From assembly GCF_006345805.1 (NCBI RefSeq), contig NW_021826757.1:1-12020 (forward strand): DNA of 12,020 bases. The letters are read 5' to 3'. The position numbers were made by a program, and so were the translations under genes. The notes beneath the pieces were generated by a model. It ran no database searches. It was not told the origin of the DNA and saw only the letters and a program-made list of their open reading frames with translations. Shown one piece after another: positions 1-8,000 of the stretch. Position 1 is the stretch's first letter; every line of letters begins with the position of its first letter. This DNA comes from Octopus sinensis (lineage: Eukaryota).

Positions 1-273
1 GAAAACTAGGAGATATATCATCATAAAACTATATAAAGGAGAAAAGAAAATGGCGGAGAAAGAAATCTGTAATGAGATCACTGGCGCCACCTGTATTCTA
101 CCCAGGAAGTCTTACGAATAGATTTATTTGCCCAACCAAAAGGTAGCTACACCTTACGATTTAACAATCCCCGTTCCATTCTCATAAATCTTCTTTGCAA
201 ACGCATTGTACAAGATAATTAAAAATTAAACTGCAGACACTGGTTTAGATTAAGAAAATATAAAGAACTAAAG

Positions 274-364
<91 letters not shown>
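274..364. repeat. (TATC)n microsatellite
   Basis: About 22 TATC units read directly, with one interruption (TATCATC) near 314-320. Confidence 0.97.
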
Positions 365-370
365 AACTTA

Positions 371-538
371 TTATATATATATATAATATATATATAATAT
401 ATATATATATATATTATATGTATATGTATATTTATGTTCGTAACATACATATATATCATACATGTATGTATATAAGATATACGTGTGCGTGTATATATAT
501 ATGCATATCATATGTATGTATATATATATATATATATA

Positions 539-583
<45 letters not shown>

Positions 584-782
584 TTGTATTGATATGTATT
601 TGTATATAATATATATATATGCACATACATGTACACATGATATATGTTTGCGTATGTATGTGTGTTTTGCCTATATACCCACATTCCAACACCCATTGGT
701 GCGTGTGTATGCACATGAATGCGCACAAATTTACACACCACCTATATATATTATATATATATATATATACATATATATAATT
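371..782. repeat. Compound (TA)n/(TATG)/(CA) low-complexity microsatellite tract
   Basis: Alternating purine-pyrimidine runs. They explain the Y/I/M/C-rich ORFs at 418-794. Confidence 0.93.
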
Positions 783-1059
783 TCACGTGCGTGAATTTAT
801 TTATTGTTACTCCCACAAAGATACAGCAAAATGGGTACCAGTATTTGAATTGATAAAATAACATTGTTATAATTAGATTTGGAAGAATAATGATACAAAA
901 CAAGTACAATTAAAAAAAAAATTTACTCTGAAATACAACGTAAAATTAAAGGTACTTTAAATTCGCCATTCAAATCTAATACAGTATAAAATAACTCCCT
1001 ACACTTGATAATCTGGGACGAAATACATCTACCTGATAATAATAAGCGTTTGTAACATA

Positions 1060-1240
1060 TGCACAAACTCCAAAATATCGGAGAAATGCGGTTAAGCAAT
1101 TAAATCAAATCCAGTACTTGACTGATAGTTTTTTATAGTCTCCGGAGGATTAAGAGCTAAAGTTGACCACAGATGGATTTTGAACTCCAAAAGCAATACA
1201 AGATATTTTGTGTGATGCCCTATCGATTCTACTAGTCCAT
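1060..1240 (-). mobile_element. Old, highly diverged tRNA-derived SINE (second family; possibly Meta-domain type)
   Basis: The minus strand has an A-box-like TAGTAGAATCG (about 1234-1224) and a B-box-like GAGTTCAAAATCC (1187-1175). These are followed by GTGGTCAACTTTAGCTCTTAATCCTCCGGAGACTATAAAAAACTATCAGTCAAGTACTGG, a decayed match to the GGTCGACTTTGCCTTTCATCCTTTCGGGGTCGATAAAATAAGTACCAG core I recall from octopus SINEs. Family assignment and boundaries are from memory and approximate. Confidence 0.55.
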
Positions 1241-1269
1241 ACTATTAGGATGGCAGATACATGGATATT

Positions 1270-1657
1270 GTGGAGGCGCAATGGCCCAGTGGTTAGGGCA
1301 GCGGACTCGCGGTCATAGGATCGCGGTTTCGATTCCCAGACCGGGCGTTGTGAGTGTTTATTGAGCGAAAACACCTAAAAGCTCCACGAGGCTCCGGCAG
1401 GGGATGGTGGTGATCCCTGCTGTACTCTTTCACACACAACTTTTCTCTCACTCTTACTTCCTGTTTCTGTATGTACCTGTATTTCAAGGGGCCGGCCTTG
1501 TCACTCTCTGTGTCACGCTGAATATCCCCGAGAACTACGTTAAGGGTGCACGTGTCTGTAGAGTGCTCAGCCACTTACACGTTGATTTCACGAGCAGGCT
1601 GTTCCGTTGATTCGGATCAACCGGAACCCTCATCGTCATAACCGATGGAGTGCTTCC
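1270..1657 (+). mobile_element. Young full-length tRNA-derived SINE with 11-bp target-site duplication
   Basis: tRNA-like head with a paired D-stem (GCCC 1284-1287 / GGGC 1296-1299), A box TGGCCCAGTGG (1282-1292) and B box GGTTTCGATTCC (1325-1336). CpG-rich body with a CT/CA-rich middle and a 3' stem-loop. Flanked by the perfect direct repeat ACATGGATATT at 1259-1269 and 1658-1668. Confidence 0.92.
1282..1336 (+). promoter_or_regulatory. Internal RNA polymerase III type-2 promoter (A and B boxes) of the SINE
   Basis: TGGCCCAGTGG matches the A-box consensus TRGCNNARYGG. GGTTTCGATTCC approximates the B-box consensus GGTTCRANNCC. The spacing is tRNA-like. Confidence 0.8.
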
Positions 1658-2813
1658 ACATGGATATTACGAGCAAATTCCAAAAATTGCTTTGGTCTTT
1701 GTAGAATAGATGATGAAGCAAAAGTGCACAAGAAATATTAACCCTCTTGGGACACCCAGACCGATTGATCGGCCCAAGTTATACAAGCTGAAAGGACTTC
1801 GAGGCTGATCCATCGGCATGATGGAACAAATATCGTAAATGGTTGGTTTTGAAGTGTAATAGTTAATCAGAGATCGTCTTTTAGTAAATGTATCTCAATA
1901 TAAAAAAAATATGATCTTTTTGGCTACACATATCAAAACACTGTGTCTCAAATCAGATGTCAGTGAGAAGACATTTTGCTTGAGCCAATAAAGGAAATAC
2001 AAAGATCTGGATCAGGAGAGATGAACCCGGAAGGGCATTTGGTAGCTGGACACAAAGTGGATCTTTATCAACCATTGCTGGGACGCCTCAATGGGGGTAC
2101 TTGATTGTTAAAACGGCTGAAACTTCCACTGACATCATGAAACATTACTGGCTATTTATCCAGGGACATCGCAAGAACAAGCATTCAAAAGTGACCTTCG
2201 TTTTATTTATTATTTTTTAGTGTTTTCCTTTCTACCATAATCACTGACATTCATTGTCTTGACGCAATGATAGAGGAGTGGTTGGTGTAGATCCGATGCA
2301 GTGCAGCAATTCAAAATCAGAACTAACGGGGTTGCAAGAGACATTTTAAAACAAAAAAAACAAAACAAAAAAAAAAATTGGGTCACGCCTACACCAGTCC
2401 GCGATCATGACAACCACGTAGATTGCGTTTAGTGGCAAATTCTATCAGGTGATGCAGAGAGGTGAATTTTAACGTTTAAGATGTAGAGCTGGTTGTTTGT
2501 CGAAGAAGTAATATGGAGGAAATACACATAAACACATCGATAAAGAAAAAAAAAAAAAACGAATGACGGAAAAAAAAATAAAAACGTGATAAGAAAAGCA
2601 GAAAAAGTTAAAAAAGTAAAAAACAAAATGTATAAGTAGCAAAAAGATAAATGAATGGTGGAACTAAATGGATGATAAATTAATAGAGTTGGCACTTTGT
2701 AAATCAGTTTTTGCTTTGTTGATTTAAGAATTAGAATCACTCTTGTAGCATTATTAGATTTTTGGGGAGGGAGATAACATATGTAATTGTAGAATTACAG
2801 TTTGTAGGAGGAC

Positions 2814-2878
2814 AAAGAAGAGGGAGAGAGAGAGAGAGAAGGAGAGAGAAGGAGAGAGAAGGAGAGAGAAGGAGAGAG
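2814..2878. repeat. 65-nt homopurine tract with about 4 (GGAGAGAGAA) units
   Basis: Only A and G from 2814 to 2878, with a 10-bp period visible. Confidence 0.93.
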
Positions 2879-2941
2879 TAGTAGGAAGAGGAGCTCTGCT
2901 GAAGGTACTATAAATAACAAAATAATAACGAAAATAAAAAT

Positions 2942-2965
2942 GATAATAATAATAGAATAACAATA

Positions 2966-3015
<50 letters not shown>

Positions 3016-3040
3016 TGATGATGATGATGATGATGATGAT
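2942..3040. repeat. (AAT)n followed by (GAT)n trinucleotide microsatellite
   Basis: Read directly. It is the source of the poly-Y/H and poly-L/S ORFs on the minus strand. Confidence 0.96.
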
Positions 3041-3186
3041 AAAAAGAATGATAAAACTGATAAAATAAAGCGGAAAGCAAATTTAGACATCGTTTACAAG
3101 AAGACTTGAAATATTGGCTTCTGTTCTGTAAATTAAACTCACACGTGGAGTACACATATACTGCATATTGAGGACGTGTGTGTGTG

Positions 3187-3260
<74 letters not shown>
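3187..3260. repeat. (TATC)n microsatellite
   Basis: About 18 perfect TATC units. Confidence 0.97.
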
Positions 3261-3261
<1 letters not shown>

Positions 3262-3370
3262 ATATATATATATACCCGTATACATTACGTACAAAAATAT
3301 TATGTAGCTATCTATCTATATACATATTTGTATGTAGGTATGTAGGTATGTATCTACGTATGCATGTATT

Positions 3371-3512
3371 TGTATGGTTAAGAAGTTCAATTCGCAACTA
3401 CACAGTTTCGATTTCAGCCCCAACGCTTTTACATGGATCGATGTGTTCCACTAAAGGCGGTGCTCCAGCATGGCCGCAGCCAAATGACTGAAACAAGTAA
3501 AAGACTAAAAGA
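3371..3512 (+). mobile_element. Internally deleted copy of the abundant tRNA-SINE family (head fused to tail)
   Basis: Head TGTATGGTTAAGAAGTTCAATTCGCAACTACACAGTTTCG... (3371-3426) resembles the minus-strand heads at 8003-7858 and 9424. Tail ...ACTAAAGGCGGTGCTCCAGCATGGCCGCAGCCAAATGACTGAAACAAGTAAAAGA matches the reverse complement of 6300-6355. Confidence 0.85.
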
Positions 3513-4338
3513 AGGAAGCATCTGTAGAACTCGACGAGGAGGTCCTGCAAACCCTGGTGGAACTTAAATCCCATCGTAATTGTTGAACTGGCAGAGAAGC
3601 CTCGATGTGGTCATTCAAACATTTATCTACACCTGCGTGCCATCAGAAATGTCAGAAAAGGGCCAATGGGCTTCTCACAAAATTTCCGACTCTAATCACG
3701 CGCGGAGATTGAATTGTTGCTCTTCTTTGCTGTCACGTCTCACGATTGAACCTTTTTTGGACCCAATAGTGACTGGAGACGAGAAATGGGTTCTCTATAA
3801 AAATATGAAGCGCCGAAGACAGTGGGTAGGGAAAGGAGAAACACCGGTACCACAGGCTTAAAGAAGTTCTTCACCCACGTAAGGTGTTGTTACCTGTTTG
3901 GTGGGATATTAAAGGTTTAGTCTCCTTTGAACTTTTAAACCCAAACCAAACGTTAACAAAGGAGATCTACTGTGAGCAGCTTGAGTGACTTAAGTCAACG
4001 CTGGAAGAAAAACTACCATATTTGGTTTCAAGACGAAAGGTGTTCTTCCATCAGGATAACGCTCGACCACATACACTGAGATGATTCGCCAAAGATCGGA
4101 GCACTTTGAATGGGAAACTATGCCCCATCCACCATATTCACCGGACATTGCTCCATCTGATTATAATTTATTCCACAGTCTTGGGATAGAAAAATATGAA
4201 TTCTGTAGACGAGGTTAGAACAATACTAAAGGAGTATTTTTCGTCGCGGACAAGTGAATTTTGAAAGAGAAGCTTTGCATGTATATCAGATAGATGGAAG
4301 AGCTTTGTAAAAATGAAGGAGAGCACATTTTAGATTAA
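3513..4338 (+). pseudogene. Mariner transposase pseudogene (second HTH through catalytic domain)
   Basis: Translation across frameshifts gives VELDEEVLQTLVE..., WASHKI (WVPHEL-like), IVTGDEKWVLY (D at 3778), HPRKVLLPVWWD, FHQDNARPH (D at 4055), HPPYSPDIAPSDY (D at 4159) and ...DRWKSFV..EGEHILD*. The D2-D3 distance is 104 nt, i.e. D34D with a 1-nt deletion. There is a +1 frameshift at 3859 and an in-frame TGA at 3986 (likely CpG decay of CGA). Confidence 0.95.
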
Positions 4339-4409
4339 AAAATAACTTTATCTTAACTTTGAAAAGTAAAAGAAGTATAAAAATCCCACATTATTTATGG
4401 GATGGTTCA

Positions 4410-4412
<3 letters not shown>
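3513..4412 (+). mobile_element. 5'-truncated mariner (DD34D) DNA transposon relic with right terminal inverted repeat (TIR)
   Basis: Transposase motifs are followed by a terminal sequence AAATCCCACATTATTTATGGGATGGTTCAATA (4381-4412) ending in TA. Its reverse complement TATTGAACCATCCCATAAATAATGTGGGATTT resembles mariner TIRs. No matching left TIR is seen in the window. Confidence 0.9.
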
Positions 4413-4460
<48 letters not shown>

Positions 4461-4554
4461 GCATATATATATGTTTTCTATGTTTGTATAAACATAATAT
4501 ATACATATATATACATATAAATACATACATATATGTATATATATATTGTATATA
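4411..4554. repeat. (TA)n/(TATG)/(CATA) tract between the two mariner ends
   Basis: Read directly. Confidence 0.9.
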
Positions 4555-4790
4555 GGAGGGGTGTTCATAGAAGATTTTCCCTGACCCACTTCTGAAGGAC
4601 TGGAATAAACTAAACTTGCCGTAATTATTAGTGCTTCTCTACATAGCTACCACAATGATGACACATCTCCCATCGCTTTATGAAACTGTGAAGACCTCGT
4701 CTGTAGAAATCGGTAGGTTGCGTCTCGGAAAGAAGTTCATCATTCGAAAAGGGCTTCCACTTTCTGATAGTAAATCCAAACGACTTTAAC
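4553..4790 (-). mobile_element. 3' terminal fragment of a second, different mariner element (irritans-like TIR)
   Basis: The minus strand translates FG..RKWKPFSNDELLSETQPTDFYRRGLHSFIKRWEMCHHCGSYVEKH* (stop at 4630-4628). This matches the typical mariner C-terminus (..F.ND....Q..DFY..GI..L..RW..C....G.YVEK). The end TAGGAGGGGTGTTCATAGAAG (from 4553) resembles TACGAGGGGTGTTCA-type TIRs. Confidence 0.82.
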
Positions 4791-4814
4791 ACCCTGACCG
4801 TAGAGACAAGATAT

Positions 4815-5020
4815 TTGTATGTCTATATGTGTGTATGTATGAATTGCATGTATATATTTCTTAGTGTGTGCATTTATATATTTTTAACAAAAAATATGTA
4901 TATATGTATGTGTGTAAATGTAGGTATGTATATTATTATGGTATATGTACATATATATATATATATTATATATATATATAAATATATATATATGTATGTG
5001 TGTGTGTGTGTGTGTGTCTA
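4815..5020. repeat. Degenerate (TATG)/(TA)/(TG) microsatellite
   Basis: Read directly. Confidence 0.88.
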
Positions 5021-5234
5021 TGTAGGCTATACTTCTCCCACTGCCAGTATATGGAATATGAGTGTATCTGAATATATACAGGAATATAAGTCCTTATACT
5101 TATGAGAGTTTATCTACAAAGTGGCAAATACACTTGTACAATTTCTATATAGAATGATTTAAAACATGTACAATATATTCTTAACCGACAAACATATTGC
5201 TGGAAGAAAATATTTTACCATTAATTTTTTCTGT

Positions 5235-5790
5235 ATGAGTGTATGTATGTTTTTACTGTGTGTGCGTATGAGTGTATGTATATGTATATATATTTGTATA
5301 TATTTACATATATATATATATGCATGTATGTAAATGTGTCTATATGTATGAATGTGTCTTTATGCATTCATATATTTAAGTATGTAAGTACTTAATATGC
5401 AAGTATGTATTTGTAAATGTATGTAAGTATGTAAATGTATATACGTGTATATATGTAGGTATTTATAAGAAAAAAAAAATATATATATTAAAAAATGAGA
5501 AATCGTAATTTTTAGAAAATACATTTAATATATATATATATAATAATATATATATATTTATATATATATGTATATGTATATGTGATATATGCCCATCTAC
5601 CTGTGTATAAGTATTTAATGAGTACGTATGCGTGTACATATGAGTGAGTATGCGTGTGTATATAAAGAGTGTATGTAGGAGTGTACACGCATGTGTATGG
5701 GTGTATGGGTATGTATGTGCATAATATATGTGTACTGGTATGTATACACATGAGTATGCGTGTACATATTTCTATATCAGCGCGCATGTC
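5235..5790. repeat. Degenerate TA/TG-rich low-complexity tract
   Basis: Decayed TATG/TGTA repeats. They explain the ORF at 5512-5787. Confidence 0.8.
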
Positions 5791-6102
5791 TATTTACTTG
5801 GGTATATGTAAATCAATGTAAGCATGTGTTTTATCCGTGAATATCAAACTATATTAAGTGTTGTCTTCCCTACATCACTATATATCACTATCCTCTCCAG
5901 AAGAAACTAAGAGACATATGTAGGGTAAATGAATCTCCTTCTATCGAGGATTCCAGACAAAGCTACTTCTCGGGCGGAAACGCAAAGAAGGCAGCAACAT
6001 AAGTCCTTAATTCACCGAATACCACTTATTAGAGGATACGTGACATTTGGGGAACCCACCATGGCCACAGTGATCCAGTTGACGCAAGTAAAAAAGTTTA
6101 TG

Positions 6103-6290
6103 CACACACACACACACACACAAGCACACTGACACACACACACACACACACACTCACACAAGCACACTCACACACAAACATATATATATAAAAGTATGTT
6201 TGTACGTACATATGAACGTGTGTGGTTATATATATATGCATATATATATATATATATATATGCATACATGTACATATATATGCATGTGTG
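6103..6290. repeat. (CA)n then (TA)/(TG) microsatellite
   Basis: Read directly. Confidence 0.9.
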
Positions 6291-6298
6291 TATGTATA

Positions 6299-6555
6299 TT
6301 CTTTTATTTATTTCAGTCATTTGAGAGCGGCCACGCTGGAGCACCGCCTTTATCCGAACAAATCTACCCCAGAACTCATTCTTTGTAAGCCTAGTATTTA
6401 TTCTATAGGTTTCTTTTGCCGAACCCATAGGTTACGGAGACATAGACACACCAACAACGGTTGTCAAGCTAAGGTGAGGAGGGGGAAGAAACACAGACAT
6501 TCAAGTACATGCATACATACATACATACATACATACATACATACATACATACATA
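6299..6555 (-). mobile_element. 3' half of the abundant tRNA-SINE family, ending in its central (CATA)n microsatellite
   Basis: The reverse complement of 6340-6500 aligns with 7335-7486 (e.g. ATAGAATAAATACTAGGCTTACAAAGAAT vs ATAGAATAAGTACTGGGCTTACAAAGAAT). 6300-6355 aligns with the tail at 3450-3505. Confidence 0.9.
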
Positions 6556-6556
6556 G

Positions 6557-6743
6557 ATCGTTAGCTCCTACACGCATTTTTTTCTCTCTTTGTTTTTTTC
6601 TGTGTATCTTTCTGTCGAAGAGCGTAGGCTCGAAACACAGAAGACTTTTTTTTATTTCTATTCCTGAGCGCTATACTAATACATTTGTTTGTTTGTGCTC
6701 CACCTGCCTTCGTCTTTTGTTTATTTTCGTAAATTTTCCCGTC
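6557..6743 (+). mobile_element. Penelope-like element terminal (pLTR-type) fragment
   Basis: Contains the ..GAAGAG..CGAAAC hammerhead-type motif typical of Penelope-like element ends, a pyrimidine-rich body, and microsatellite on both sides. Family call is from motif recognition only. Confidence 0.6.
6607..6644 (+). ncRNA. Degenerate minimal type-I hammerhead ribozyme motif (probably inactive in this copy)
   Basis: Stem I UCUUU/GAAGA, core CUGUCGA plus an extra A, stem II GAGC-GUAG-GCUC, GAAAC, then ACA where GUH is expected. Confidence 0.5.
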
Positions 6744-6766
6744 ATATATATATATATATATATATA

Positions 6767-7263
6767 TAACTTAGAATAACTTATAAAGGTTTCGGCCAGT
6801 ATTGGCCCAGGCCATGTCTAACTTAATAGCACCACCTGGCGAAGTCTTTCAATTCAGGATTTGGGCACCAAGGCCCATTCGAGCAGAGAGTTATTGTTTG
6901 CGGAGACATATCCGGGTGTGGGTGGTTTGTCCGAGACTGTTTGAAGGAATTTGTCCAAAGACTTCTTGAATTTTGTCTGGTCAGTTTCTTTTTTGACGTG
7001 TCCTGGTGTAATGTTGAAGAGAGCGGGTCCAATTGAGGTGAAATAGTTGTGCCGTATTGTCGTTATGTGATGCGATTTAGATTTTTGTTGTGGACGGATG
7101 GCACGTGGTCCAAGCCTTGGATGTATTTTGAAGGTGATGCCAACATCATTCGGACAGTGATGATGGAATATTTTCCACATCATACAGATAATGTAGCGTT
7201 CACGGCGTCGTTGGAGTGAATACAGTTTCAGCTTCTCTAGTCTACCCCAGTAGTCAAGGTCTG
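6767..7263 (-). mobile_element. 5'-truncated CR1-group LINE: ORF2 C-terminus, 3' UTR and short tandem tail
   Basis: Stop-free frame from about 7264 to 6854: PDLDYWGRLEKLKLYSLQRRRERYIICMMWKIF...SIGPALFNITP...FKKSLDKFLQTVSDKP...NNSLLEW. This is the characteristic post-RT 'YW.RL..L.LYSL.RRRER / GP.LFN.LP / FK..LD..L..V.D.P' region of CR1/Jockey-group ORF2. The 3' end is the 10-bp imperfect repeat (TTATAAGTTA)(TTCTAAGTTA) at 6786-6767. Confidence 0.92.
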
Positions 7264-7486
7264 GGTAGACGGAAACTGAAAGAAGCCTGTCGTATATATG
7301 TATATATATAAAAGTGTGTGTGTGTATGTTTATGTGTCTGTGTTTGTCCCCCTAGCATTGCTTGACAACCGATGCTGATGTGTTTACGTCCCCGTCACTT
7401 AGCGGTTCGGCAAAAGAGACCGATAGAATAAGTACTGGGCTTACAAAGAATAAGTCCCGGGGTCGATTTGCTCGACTAAAGGTGGT
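7264..7486 (+). mobile_element. Middle and 3' part of the abundant tRNA-SINE family (headless, last ~40 nt missing)
   Basis: GGTAGACGGAAACTGAAAGAAGCCTGTCG, then a microsatellite, then GTGTCTGTGTTTGTCCCCC...TTAGCGGTTCGGCAAAAGAG...CGACTAAAGG. It aligns with the reverse complement of 9131-9290 and 6340-6500. Confidence 0.92.
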
Positions 7487-7627
7487 ATACATATATATTT
7501 ATATATTGATAGAAATGGTAAGACAACAAAAAAATGAAAGAGACCTCGATATTATGTAAATAGAAGAATTTATATGTAAATGTAATGTGTGACAATATTC
7601 GGCAGCCATGAATTACATTTACAGAGC

Positions 7628-7677
7628 ATATATATATATATATATATATATATGGATATATATATATGTATGTGTAT

Positions 7678-7739
<62 letters not shown>

Positions 7740-7799
7740 TATATATATATAATTTCAACAGCGGCAAAGTATATTTATTTTACTAAGCCCTTTTATATA

Positions 7800-7845
<46 letters not shown>

Positions 7846-7857
7846 TTATGTATGTAT
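7628..7857. repeat. (TA)n-dominated microsatellites
   Basis: Read directly, with a short non-repetitive island at about 7750-7795. Confidence 0.9.
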
Positions 7858-8000
7858 GTTTCGGTCTACCAAATTCACTCCCAAGGCTTGGTCGGCCCGA
7901 GGCTATAGTTGAAGACAATTGCCCAATTTGCTAGGCAGTGGGACTGAACCCAGAAGTATGTGGTTGGAAATCAAGCTTCTTACCTCACAGCCACTCCTGC

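Noticed and set aside
1270-1348. Functional tRNA gene
   Set aside because: The D-arm and promoter boxes are present, but the acceptor stem and anticodon arm do not pair properly. The sequence continues into a SINE body bounded by a TSD.
1737-1760. piggyBac-like end TTAACCCTC
   Set aside because: No matching inverted end was found. The only GGGTTAA seen (about 10844-10850) has no further complementarity.
1930-2090. Possible remnant of an R4/Dong-type restriction-like endonuclease domain (SDVSEK...KYKDL...W*LDTK)
   Set aside because: Only KYKDL matches well, the spacing to flanking motifs is off by 2-3 residues, and there are three stops. A BLASTX hit to R4-clade LINEs would be needed to accept it.
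3580-3861. 93-aa ORF as an intact gene
   Set aside because: It is a frame-limited slice of the mariner pseudogene; its N-terminus is out of the transposase frame.
6854-7183. 109-aa ORF as a host gene
   Set aside because: It is the C-terminal part of LINE ORF2, lacking the RT and endonuclease domains.
7505-7628. Non-microsatellite island that may be another interspersed repeat
   Set aside because: It looks familiar as an octopus repeat, but there is no second copy, ORF or terminal structure in the window to support a call.
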